Source: Gekko japonicus (taxonomy: Eukaryota). From it: DNA of 64,000 nucleotides. The notes beneath the pieces were generated by a model. The model was given only the letters and a program-made list of their open reading frames with translations, did not search any database and was not told where the DNA came from. This document shows, one piece after another, positions 48,621 to 59,600 of the stretch. A program made the position numbers and the translations under genes. Numbering within the stretch: position 1 is the first letter of the stretch; each line of letters begins with the position of its first letter. The stretch is from the NCBI RefSeq assembly GCF_001447785.1, contig NW_015164664.1:2186739-2250738 (forward strand). Direction: 5' to 3'.

Positions 48621-51600
48621 TAAATTTTTGAATGTTTTTTTCTAATGGTCAACTGAAACCTATCCTCCTGTTACTTAAGCCTATCAGATCTAATCTTACC
48701 CTTTGGAGTAGCAGAGAACAACTCCTTGCCCTCTCGGGGGCGGGGGGGAGGACCCAAAAAAACCTTGGGAGTTTCAAAATTAACATCTGAAAAGTTACAT
48801 TTTATCATTTAACATATAAAAGGGTTAATGTTCTAAGCCATATTGAATGTCAGCAAATTGTTGCTTTTTAAAACTCCCAAACATGACGGTTGTTGCTTTT
48901 CCACCCACTGAATTCCATTCAACAAGCATCTCAAGGACACAGCCCTGCTTGTTCCCAGTACTTTGTCTTTCCCCACAAACTAGGTCAAGCCTCTAGAGAG
49001 AGAAGTCACTGACCAGGATCTCTAGCAAGGCTCTTGGGAGGTATTTGCTTGGTCAGGGAGGCAATGTGGGCAGGAACCCCAAGGGATGCTAAGCATGCTG
49101 GGCGAACAAGGGGCTTGAAAGAGTCCAGGCCAGTGTTTGAAAACTGGACCCTGTTGCTATGCTCCCATGGTGAAAATGGCACACATCTGGAGGCTCTCCC
49201 TGTGATGTGCAAAAGTGTTCAGGCAGAAAATCATTTCAACCGCAGCATTTGTTAAGATGCTTGATTGGCAGGAGTGGGCCGATGCCGAGGGTTGTGAGCC
49301 CCATGGGACAGAGATGCACCTGAGTCACAGCTGGCTCCAAGTTCCTTTTCCTAGAAGATGCAGATGTTTCTAGCATAGGAAAGCCTTGTCCTTCTCCGAA
49401 GGCTCAGCCTTTCCTTTGCATTTATCTGACAGCCCAGGTTCTCACAAACAGCTGGCATCTTGGGTAGGGGCTACGTGACATGGAGGGCAAGGATCCTACA
49501 GCAGGAAGAGAAGAGGGCAGTGCAGCTTAAACCCGCCAGAATTCAGCTGCTGATCTGAAGAAGAGCTTTGCACTGGGCATGTCTTTTGAGATCGCCACCA
49601 TCAATCATCCAGTGGAGGCAGAGCCTGTGTTGCCATTAGTCAAGCTGTCTCTAAAGATATACAAAAGCTGAGCAGGACAAGAGCTGCAATTTCAGAGCAG
49701 CGGGAAAGGAGGTACTAGCAAGGTCTCAGCAGTACAGCTCCACTCTGAAAGAGGAAGGGATGTCCTTCTCCTCACCTCTTGGGGGAAATCTGGTCAGAAT
49801 CCGAAGAGGAATTTTATTCCAATGCAGTGGATGATGCCCATCCGGTCAGGGGAAGAGTGTGCGACTGACGTTTTGCTTCTGTGCAAAATCAGCTTGTTGG
49901 CCTCACCATGGAGCCTCCACCACTCTGCCCCCACGCTGTATTGCAAGGTTCAGTGAGGAAGGTCAAACGACACTAATGAGTGTGCTGTGGGGGTGGACCT
50001 CTGAGCAGTGAATCTGCCTTAAATGCAGTCTCATTTCAGAAAAGATGGATGCTCAATTGTGGGAGAATCGAGCAGCCAGTCTGTTGTATCTTTTGGTAGT
50101 TCTCAGCTATATTAACCTTTGAATGGAGGCTAAAGACAGCCCCCCAGGCCAAGCCTAAAGGAGGACCAAACCTCCTTGCATGTTTGTATACTGGAGAGCC
50201 AGTGAGTAGCTGCAAACAGAGTATTGGACCTAAGTGATGCAGATGGACTGTGGTTTGTGAGAGTCAGCATCAGCATTCTCCTTCTCCGAATGACTGAACA
50301 GAGCACGCCTAAGTGCGAGGACTCTAATCTGGGAGAACCGGGTTTGATTCCCCACTCCTCCACTCACAGCTGCTGGATGACCTTGGGCAAGCAACAGTTC
50401 TGTCAGAGCTGTTCTCTCACGAGCAGTTTCTGTCAGAGCTCTCTCGGCCCCACCTTCCTCTACAGGGTGTTTGTTGTGGGGAGGGGAAGGGAAAGGAGTT
50501 TGTGAGCCACTCTGAGACTCCAATCTCCTCTTCTTCTCCCCACCTGCAGGACTCTGTAGCATGAAAGCTCCCCCGCCAATCCAGCCTGGTGATTAGACCT
50601 GGGGGCTCATTCTCGGGGAGGCAGGCTGAACTCTCAGGGTCACCAGCAAATCCCCCCATTTAATGGCTTCTTTTCATTTTGATCTTTGCTGAATAGACTC
50701 TTTGAAGCTATCCAATTGTGACTATGCACATTCACAGAGATCACGTCCTTGTGGTACGTGGAAGCACTGCCACTAGGATGGCCACTCAGTGCAACATGAC
50801 AACACCCTGTTCCATGAGTGCTGCTGGGGTTTGGGGGGCTGGAAAGCTGGCAATTCTAGCCACAGGCACCACAAAAAGGGCTTTCATTGGAGGCTGAGAT
50901 GCAGAAGGTCCCACTCTGCTGGGCAGGGACAGGTAGAAAGCCAGGCTCCTCACCTTTCTGCTTGGGCTAATCAGGTTCCAATCCCCACTCAGTCATGGAA
51001 GCTTACTTAGCCACCTTGGGCCAGCCACACACTCTCAGCCTAACCTTCCTCAGAGGTCTGTTGTGACGATAAAATGAAGGAGAGGAGACGTATGTAAGCC
51101 ACTCTGGATCCACACTGGGGAGAAATTGCAGGCTATAAATGAAACAAATAAAAATAAACGCATCCAGGCTTTGTGCTGCCTGCCAATCACAGGGTGCTTG
51201 GCATTGTTCTCTTCTATGCCTGAAGAGGGGTCTGAGCACACACAGTCCCGCACAGGCTGAATTCTGGACCCATCTTGCAACCATGGGATAGCCAAATCTC
51301 AGTCCTGAAGTTTCGAGGTTTAGCCTCCTTCTCAGAGTCTCCAGAGCAAAGAGCTCAGTCTCAGAGCGAGGCATGGGGATGGCAGCTATGCTCCATGTGG
51401 TTCACTTGCAGCTAGTTTATTATCACATTTCATATAGCATCCTTTCAAGGAGATCAGGGGTGGTGTATATGGGTCACCATTCCAATTTTTTTTCTTCACA
51501 GCAATCTTGGGAGGGAGGGAGGGAGGGAGGGATTGGCCCACAGTCATCCAGTGAGGTTCAGGTTCATAGCTGAATAGGGATTTGAATCTTTGGCCCCACC

Positions 51601-51958
51601 CCCGCCAGTTCTTCCAGTCTTAGCAACTTGCTTAGTCTTTTGTTGAGAAAAAGTGACAGAGAACCAATCACCATGAAAGGCATAATATACTCAGGAAATA
51701 ATTGGGTTGCTAACTCTGATTTGGAAGATCCCTGAAGGTTTGTGGGTGGAACCTGGGGAGGGCCAGGTTTGAGGAAGGGGTGGACCTCAGCAGGCTACAA
51801 TGCTGTAGAGTTCACCCTCCAAAGCCGCCATTTTCTCTGGGGGAATTGATCTCTGTAATCTGGACATCAGTTGTAATTTGGGGAAGTCCGCAGGCTTCAC
51901 CTGGAGTCTTGCAAACCTGGAAAGCAGGCAATAATCTTTCCCCAAAGAACAGTTAGGC

Positions 51959-53034
51959 CAAGGATCCCCAAGATGGTGCTGCCCACACCTTTCCTGGTGC
52001 CCACCAAGTGATTTTGGAAAATGTACAGGGCCAGGAGGAGCTTTTGCCCAGCAAGGTTTCTGATGGGCCATGGGAGGTTTGATTGGCTGTGCAGGTTTTT
52101 AAAAACACTGCTTTGGCAGCAACAACCACCCAAGCACAAGGATCTTCATTGTGTGACTCAAGGTAAGCTGTGGCAGCTATTTTGTGGCTGGCTTCACCTC
52201 CTGCTGCAGTTGTTTAGTGGCAGTCATTGTGTGGATGTGCCCACCGTGCTGTGTCAGAATTCCAAAGGTGCCCATATGTCCCGACCTCCGCCGGGACCAG
52301 CCCACCAACCTCCCGGAACCAGCGGGAGAAGGGCCGCAGCCCGCCTCACCAACCCTCACCTCCCAGTACCTGACGCCCGGAGCCGACCCTCTTCCCCGGG
52401 CCGCGCGGCGGTCGGAAGACGGTGGGGGAGCAGCAGAGAACGAGACGGCCGCCGGCGCCGCCGACGTCGGGGGCTCGCGGGCCCGCAGCCAAGAAGAACG
52501 GGGAGTTCGGGAGGCCGGGAACGTCCGCCCAAGCGCCCACCCCCAACGGAGCGGACGCGCTAGAGCCCGGCCCCGTTCGATCCCGGAGGCTCACTGGCTG
52601 GAAGACGCGGCGCAGCGCCACTGCGCGCTGCCGGAGGAGGGTGGGGCGCCCAGGGGAGGGGCAGCGTCTTTCCCTTTAGGCGGGGGCGGGGCCCAGGTGC
52701 GGGGGTTGCCGGGTGGTCCGTGGGAAATAAAAGGAGTGACAGAGCAAGCCAGGGAGGAGTGCTGGACTGGCTGAGCGTCTGGTCGTTTGCCGCTGAGAGA
52801 GAAGAACGCAGACAAGCCAGCTCCAGGCGGACGGGGAGAGGAGTGATGTAACTCCCTCCCAGGTCCGATTCTGAGGCACGCTCTGATCGCATCCTCGTTC
52901 CTCCCGACTGCCGGTGCAACTCCCGCACCTCCCCGGGCCGAGAAGACAACTAGGTGGAGGCACGGCGGAGGGGCGTGATGACCGGGTAGGACAGAGAGCG
53001 CCTCACACCATAGGCTCGAAAAAGTTGGATCCCT
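51959..53034 (-). mobile_element. hAT (Charlie-like) MITE interrupted by the solo LTR
   Basis: Reverse-complement homolog of 9127-9479. Its sequence resumes right after the LTR (...ggtgc[ccata]ggctcgaaaaagttggatccct). Confidence 0.7.
52277..53007 (+). mobile_element. Young CpG-rich solo LTR (731 bp)
   Basis: Begins TGTCCCGA and ends CCTCACA (TG...CA). Perfect 5-bp TSD CCATA (52272-52276 / 53008-53012); splits an older hAT MITE. GC box at ~52683 followed by AATAAAAG at 52726. Confidence 0.85.
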
Positions 53035-53291
53035 AAGGCCCNNNNNNNNNNNNNNNNNNNNNNNNNNNNNNNNNNNNNNNNNNNNNNNNNNNNNNNNNNN
53101 NNNNNNNNNNNNNNNNNNNNNNNNNNNNNNNNNNNNNNNNNNNNNNNNNNNNNNNNNNNNNNNNNNNNNNNNNNNNNNNNNNNNNNNNNNNNNNNNNNNN
53201 NNNNNNNNNNNNNNNNNNNNNNNNNNNNNNNNNNNNNNNNNNNNNNNNNNNNNNNNNNNNNNNNNNNNNNNNNNNNNNNNNNNNNNNNNNN

Positions 53292-53895
53292 GTCGGAAGA
53301 CGGTGGGGGAGCAGCAGAGAACGAGACGGCCGCCGGCGCCGCCGACGTCGGGGGCTCGCGGGCCCGCAGCCAAGAAGAACGGGGAGTTCGGGAGGCCGGG
53401 AACGTCCGCCCAAGCGCCCACCCCCAACGGAGCGGACGCGCTAGAGCCCGGCCCCGTTCGATCCCGGAGGCTCACTGGCTGGAAGACGCGGCGCAGCGCC
53501 ACTGCGCGCTGCCGGAGGAGGGTGGGGCGCCCAGGGGAGGGGCAGCGTCTTTCCCTTTAGGCGGGGGCGGGGCCCAGGTGCGGGGGTTGCCGGGTGGTCC
53601 GTGGGAAATAAAAGGAGTGACAGAGCAAGCCAGGGAGGAGTGCTGGACTGGCTGAGCGTCTGGTCGTTTGCCGCTGAGAGAGAAGAACGCAGACAAGCCA
53701 GCTCCAGGCGGACGGGGAGAGGAGTGATGTAACTCCCTCCCAGGTCCGATTCTGAGGCACGCTCTGATCGCATCCTCGTTCCTCCCGACTGCCGGTGCAA
53801 CTCCCGCACCTCCCCGGGCCCCGGGCCGAGAAGACAACTAGGTGGAGGCACGGCGGAGGGGCGTGATGACCGGGTAGGACAAAGAGCGCCTCACA
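53292..53895 (+). mobile_element. Second copy of the same LTR (5' part lost in gap)
   Basis: Matches 52411-53007 except for a 7-bp duplication (ccccggg) and one G>A. Ends CCTCACA with a different 3' flank (AGTTG). Confidence 0.85.
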
Positions 53896-54037
53896 AGTTG
53901 GTTTACGTAATTTGTTTGGGGCTCTAAGCGTACTCCATTCCTTGGATTCATGCAAACGTCCCGCTCAGAGTACTTTTACGAGCAACCCTCCATACCAGGC
54001 CTTTGCATTACAAAGGGAACGGAGCTGAAAATTTTAC

Positions 54038-54152
54038 CGTCTGTCCGCAGCAAGAGGCTTTGATTCATCGATAATGACTGGCTTCGGAGGTGGCTTAAAT
54101 TTTGGCGGTTGTCCATCTTGGCAGCGGAGAAAGGCTGAGACAGAAAAGTACC
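54038..54152 (-). CDS. MRPL19: MRPL19 coding exon 2 (downstream exons absent from window)
   Basis: Acceptor ttttgtctcctgaAG; encodes (R)YFSVSAFLRCQDGQPPKFKPPPKPVIIDESKPLAADR(R); donor CG|GTAAAA. F-x-PPPKPVI-x-D...RR matches human MRPL19 [29 protein letters not shown] as recalled. Confidence 0.85.
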
Positions 54153-54814
54153 CTTCAGGAGACAAAATGACAATCAGTTTCAAGCTCAATGGTAACCTCT
54201 CCTCGAGACTTCCTGCAATTAATACACAAATCAGTTTCAATAATCCTTCATTATGGTTTTCCAGTAGGACCAGATGGCCTTCCACTTCAACTCCGTGTAT
54301 ATTTACCAGGAAGAGCACCATGTTCCATAGGACTACTTCCAAGTAAGCGTGCTCAGGGTTACAGCCTTACACATACAAAAACCAGATGCGAGAAACCATT
54401 TAGTTAAGATGCGACTTCCTGCCACACCTTGAACTTGTGCTTTTCATACCTCCAGGGTTGCTTTGAAAACTGCCTAAGGAACAACTACATCCGTTACATT
54501 TTGGATAGCCACACTGCTTTTAAAGGCACACAGACTCAGAAAAGACAGCAAACTATACACAATATAACAATAAATATAGTAAATTTTTAAAAAGAAGTCT
54601 TACAACACAAAGCAGTGCAGGGACATCATGCCGCGAAAGACATTCAGGAAAAACTGCACGACATACTGCCCGGAAACTAATGCTACGGTGTCTTCTTCCA
54701 AACACTATAATCCATTTTTAAAAACACACACACTTGCCACAGCCTTGACTCTGTAGCATATATTCACACTGTATTTTTATGTGAACCTGGATGGACCCAA
54801 AGATCCTTGCAGTA

Positions 54815-54990
54815 AGGTTTGCTCTCTTTCCCCTCCCTAAAGAATCTGAGATCTGTCACTGTCAGGGAAAGAATGTTTTCTGTGGTAACCTTATCCTTAT
54901 GGAAGAGGCTGCCAGCGGAACTCATGGCTGTCTCTTCTCTTATTCCATTCAGCAGGCAAGGTGAGGCTTTATGGTACAGACTTTTCCTGA
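54815..54990 (+). mobile_element. Old L2 3' fragment in MRPL19 intron 1
   Basis: RERMFSVVTLSLWKRLPAEL....SL..F resembles the L2 C-terminal motif RAFSVAAP.LWN.LP..L. Confidence 0.55.
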
Positions 54991-55635
54991 CTGGTTCTAA
55001 GGGCGCTTAACTGAGTTAATGATTTTAACACGTCAGGTTTCTCGCCAGATTTTACAATAGATCCCCTGTCCGATGTGACATAGCGACACACTTTCCCTTT
55101 TTCTAGCATGAATTCTAGCATCTGACTACCAGAATGGATTACTCAGATTACAGGTGGTGGTTTTCCATTTGGAATACTCCATGGAATTAGCAAACTAGCC
55201 CAGCAGGGGAAGAACTTCTTCCGGTTCCCCTGTTTCCCACGCTGGTTTCCTACTTGCAAGGAGTTCATAACGTGGGGACAAGCATTCCAAAGTGTGACCA
55301 TGAAGTCCAAATGGCGCAGCCCATCCCACCACTTTAGCAGCGGCTCAGTTCTCGTGCCTGTCCAACTCCGGCCTTTGGCAATCCCGCCTACAGATTAATT
55401 AGACCCTGGTCCGTATATACAACGAGCACGGGCCACAGATTCCGCCCCCACCGCTTCCATCCCAAAAAGAGAGGTTGCCGTCCTCCACCATAACGCCGGA
55501 GCGACGCAGAAGCAGAAACCCAGTCGCTTTCAAGGAGAAGAGGCGCGTTTAAGAAACGCACTTCTACCCAGGAAAAACAAAAGCAACCCAAATAGGACAA
55601 GGGGAAGGGAAACCGTGCAGCCGCTTGCTACTTAC

Positions 55636-55684
55636 TGCGGTAAACGCCTCGCGCCTCGCAGACCTGTCTGCAGGCAGCCGCCAT
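55636..55684 (-). CDS. MRPL19: MRPL19 (mitochondrial ribosomal protein bL19m) coding exon 1, antisense within GABRG4 intron 3
   Basis: ATG GCG GCT GCC TGC... encodes MAAACRQVCEARGVYR+A, then a perfect donor A|GTAAGT. Locally CpG-rich; phase 1 joins exon 2 in frame; Arg-rich, targeting-peptide-like. Confidence 0.75.
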
Positions 55685-55869
55685 GAAGCTGACGGGCAAT
55701 CGCTTCACCAGGGGCAAATATGATAAAGGTATATAAATTACAAATCCTGTCTGTGCCAAACTTGATCGGGTAGAGTTGCAAAGCAGTTGCCATCAAGGTC
55801 TGGACAGCAGCTTTGCCCAAATGAAGACAAACAGGAAGAGCACAAACGCCGACAAACGAAATGTTAAAC

Positions 55870-56085
55870 CACAGTGAAACAAGCCAAGAAGAAATCTGAT
55901 CTGCAAATTGTGTATGGGAGGAAAATGAATCATAAAAATGCCCTGGAGTCCATCCATAGCAGAAAGCCAGCCAAAGAGACAGTGGGGTCACCGCGTGGCA
56001 AAGATGTAAAAGGTGAACCAGCAAAGGAAAGGGAATTTGCAGAGCAGCTAAATGAACACTTTACTTTACTCTTCAGTGTTTTCCT
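55870..56085 (+). mobile_element. Degenerate CR1 ORF2 fragment
   Basis: IHSRKPAKETVGSP...VKG...EREFAEQLNEHF resembles CR1 IRSRKPAREAVGPL...EIAEKLNEFF. Confidence 0.65.
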
Positions 56086-56589
56086 CTCTGGAGGGAGATT
56101 TGTCAATTTGGAAATAGACGCCCTGAAGCCATCCCTTTCTGGCAGTGCTGCTGAAAAAGTATACTAGGGCCCAACTGGCTTGAGAGGGGGGAAGCCACAT
56201 TGGCCCAGTTGTGTATATGAAGGGGCTGGAGAGAAGGTCTCATATTCACTTATTCCCAAACAGAATCTCCTAACACAAACCACTGTTTGTGCCTCTCCAA
56301 AACTGGAAGTGAGCTGTGAAGGAATTAAGTGTTTGAGATGATGGAATGCAGTGAAATAAAGTGGGGTGGGGGACAAGGCTCCCCTGTTTGATTATTTTAT
56401 CCTTAAAATTCATGAGAAATTAACAAACGAGCATGACTGCCCCATGTTGTATAATGTGGTCCTCGTATAAAGGGTAATGTTTTCCAGAATAAAAAAAAAT
56501 CTGGAAGTACAGTGTGAACTGCTCTAAACTTTTCCTGCAATATACCCTGGGGAGGAACATCTTCTGTGAAGCAAACACATCTGGATTCA

Positions 56590-56630
56590 AGTTGTTGGTC
56601 TTAAAGGTGCCACTGGACTCAAACTTTGTT
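56590..56630 (+). mobile_element. 41-bp Penelope terminal micro-insertion
   Basis: ttgttggtcttaaaggtgccactggactcaaactttgtt flanked by the 12-bp direct repeat catctggattca. Confidence 0.7.
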
Positions 56631-59600
56631 CATCTGGATTCACTGTTTGCATTTCTGTGATCTGTCCTGTGCATGAGAACTTTCTGTCCAAAGAGGGACC
56701 CCCAGGTTCCTTTTAAAAAGATAGCAAATGTGCCCCATCAGACAAAATCTGTGCTAGATTTTTAAGCTAAGCACTGCCCCTGCTCCCACTTATCCACTTT
56801 CTACATTTCCAGCCCTCCAAAATAAGTTGTAACTAAATCTGGCTGAGACAAGGGGAGGGCTTGTTCAGTGCAGTTCCTCTGGCACCCTTCTAGTGTGCTG
56901 GACAGCAGAGTCCCATTCTAACTGAGGACCATCCTTTCTTTGATACGAGGTGCTGGGCTCATTCATGAACTTTGGTCCATTAGATGCCCCCACCATAGAG
57001 GGAGGTCAGCAAGCAGATAGCACAGAAGCCCTGCCTGCCTTGCAACAGCTTGCCAAGTGAGTCCCCCACATATGCACATACATACACCTTAATGACTCTG
57101 CCCTGCCTGCCTTTTGAATCTAGGCCTCCTGCACACTTGTTTGAAAAAGAAAGCCTCACCATAGAGAGCACAGACACCTTGCATTTCTCTGAGCGAAGCC
57201 TGTCTGATGTCATGTCTCAACTCAAGGACTCTCTTGGTCCCTTGGGTGATTACTGCTAATCAGGAGCTAAACATATGCATCTAGGTCACTGGTCTGGCAC
57301 GGATGGTGTCAGGCTGCACCTGCTAAGGAGGAGAAAGACAGGCCAGAGGAAGAACAGCTGGCATGGAACTGGGCCTGCACAGTGTCAGGAAGTGCCATTG
57401 TCATGCAGGCAGGGCGCATCCAAAAGTGACCCTTCAGGAACAAGTTAACTTCTTATGCCCACACAGCGCACTTTAGGGTGTGTAGGCACTTGATTCCGAA
57501 TTGTCTTGCTAGCCGATGTCCAACAAGCTAGCAGTTACATAAATCAGTTGCCCGTCTTTATCTAGTTTAGTTCATAAAGCCCAGCGTAAGGGTAGTATAA
57601 GTCAGGACAGAGGATGGGTAGGGGAACCCTCTGTGGTGCATCTGAGCACCAGGCATGGGAAAGCCTGTGGGTGTTTGTTTGTTTCACTTTTCCCCCGCCC
57701 TCCCCGCTAGGCAGGCTCAGAGCGGCTTCCAGGAACTGACAAGCAGTATACATTCACAATAAAATATAAAACATCAGTTAAAACATAACCAGTCAATATC
57801 AAATGTAGTATTGCACTGAACCTTAAAACCTTTCATGTTAATATATGCCATACAAGGAATGAATATCACAATTCAGGAATACTCCTGAAGTTCATGATCT
57901 ACAAGGGCTTTATAATGTTATCAGAGCATAAGAGGAGCCCTGCTGAATCAGACCAGTGGTCCAACTAGTCCAGCATCATGTTTCATACAGTGCTGTGAAA
58001 CTTAAACTTAACTTTAATTTTTTTGGGGGGGGGGATCTTTTTTTGGGGGAGGGGTGGCTCCAGNNNNNNNNNNNNNNNNNNNNNNNNNNNNNNNNNNNNN
58101 NNNNNNNNNNNNNNNNNNNNNNNNNNNNNNNNNNNNNNNNNNNNNNNNNNNNNNNNNNNNNNNNNNNNNNNNNNNNNNNNNNNNNNNNNNNNNNNNNNNN
58201 NNNNNNNNNNNNNNNNNNNNNNNNNNNNNNNNNNNNNNNNNNNNNNNNNNNNNNNNNNNNNNNNNNNNNNNNNNNNNNNNNNNNNNNNNNNNNNNNNNNN
58301 NNNNNNNNNNNNNNNNNNNNNNNNNNNNNNNNNNNNNNNNNNNNNNNNNNNNNNNNNNNNNNNNNNNNNNNNNNNNNNNNNNNNNNNNNNNNNNNNNNNN
58401 NNNNNNNNNNNNNNNNNNNNNNNNNNNNNNNNNNNNNNNNNNNNNNNNNNNNNNNNNNNNNNNNNNNNNNNNNNNNNNNNNNNNNNNNNNNNNNNNNNNN
58501 NNNNNNNNNNNNNNNNNNNNNNNNNNNNNNNNNNNNNNNNNNNNNNNNNNNNNNNNNNNNNNNNNNNNNNNNNNNNNNNNNNNNNNNNNNNNNNNNNNNN
58601 NNNNNNNNNNNNNNNNNNNNNNNNNNNNNNNNNNNNNNNNNNNNNNNNNNNNNNNNNNNNNNNNNNNNNNNNNNNNNNNNNNNNNNNNNNNNNNNNNNNN
58701 NNNNNNNNNNNNNNNNNNNNNNNNNNNNNNNNNNNNNNNNNNNNNNNNNNNNNNNNNNNNNNNNNNNNNNNNNNNNNNNNNNNNNNNNNNNNNNNNNNNN
58801 NNNNNNNNNNNNNNNNNNNNNNNNNNNNNNNNNNNNNNNNNNNNNNNNNNNNNNNNNNNNNNNNNNNNNNNNNNNNNNNNNNNNNNNNNNNNNNNNNNNN
58901 NNNNNNNNNNNNNNNNNNNNNNNCGGGCCAGTGTTTAGCACTGGCCCCTTCTCTTTCCCCCCCGCATCTGTGTGACTGAGCTGCATTTAGTAACACACTT
59001 CAGATTAATTATGTACACCTGAGTGGCCTCATGCAAAACAGAGCCACTGCACAAACTGCATTTAATATTGATTTAGCATTAGGATTTTGACTGTGCCCAA
59101 ACTTTGTATTGCAGTGCGCTTTTCCCCTGGTTGTCCCCACCACTTCCCCCTTCCTTTTTGTTCTCTTGACTACCTTAGGGCAAATTTTAGACTGTAAGCA
59201 CCTCAGGGCAGAAGTCTGTCTTCAATACTCAGTAATGTACCATGCTCATGGATGATACTTAGGGGGTTGGCAGATTTAAATCCAGCTGTCTCTTTAATAC
59301 CAGGTTGCTCTGCAGCAAATAACAGATGATGTTGTTACCTCCATGCAATGGAGAAGCTTCACCTGCCCATTTCCATGCATTAAGCCTTGGTTAAAAGGGA
59401 CAGGACATTTTTCTCCAGGGCTGCTGGCAACCCTAACTACACTATAGCAACCTATTAATGATCACAACAACACCAAAGCTTGTGACTTGCAAAGGGTTTG
59501 CGATTCCGTCATACGATTTATGGGGTATCGTTGTGCTTTTACTGATGACTTCCTGATCCTTGCATTCAGTCCTCTCTCTCTGATTCACCCGTTGGCCACT

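Noticed and set aside
1497-50540. tRNA-like sequences (ggtgtagtggtt..., ggctcagtgg...)
   Set aside because: All continue into SINE bodies and are degenerate; they are SINE heads, not tRNA genes.
52277-53007. CpG-island promoter/first exon of a nested host gene
   Set aside because: TG..CA ends, a TSD and insertion into a MITE identify it as an LTR.
52411-53895. Duplicate on both sides of the gap read as a simple contig-overlap echo
   Set aside because: The copies differ (7-bp duplication, one substitution) and have different 3' flanks, and the first has its own complete TSD.
53292-58923. Full LTR retroelement that transduced MRPL19 (5' LTR + interior + 3' LTR hidden in the 860-N gap)
   Set aside because: AGTTGGTTTACG after the LTR is not a primer-binding site I recognise. 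The G-rich tract before the gap is followed by TGGCTCC, not the LTR start TGTCCC, and the interior looks like ordinary genomic DNA with old TEs.
57956-58996. ORFs of ~300-340 aa
   Set aside because: Almost entirely N-gap.
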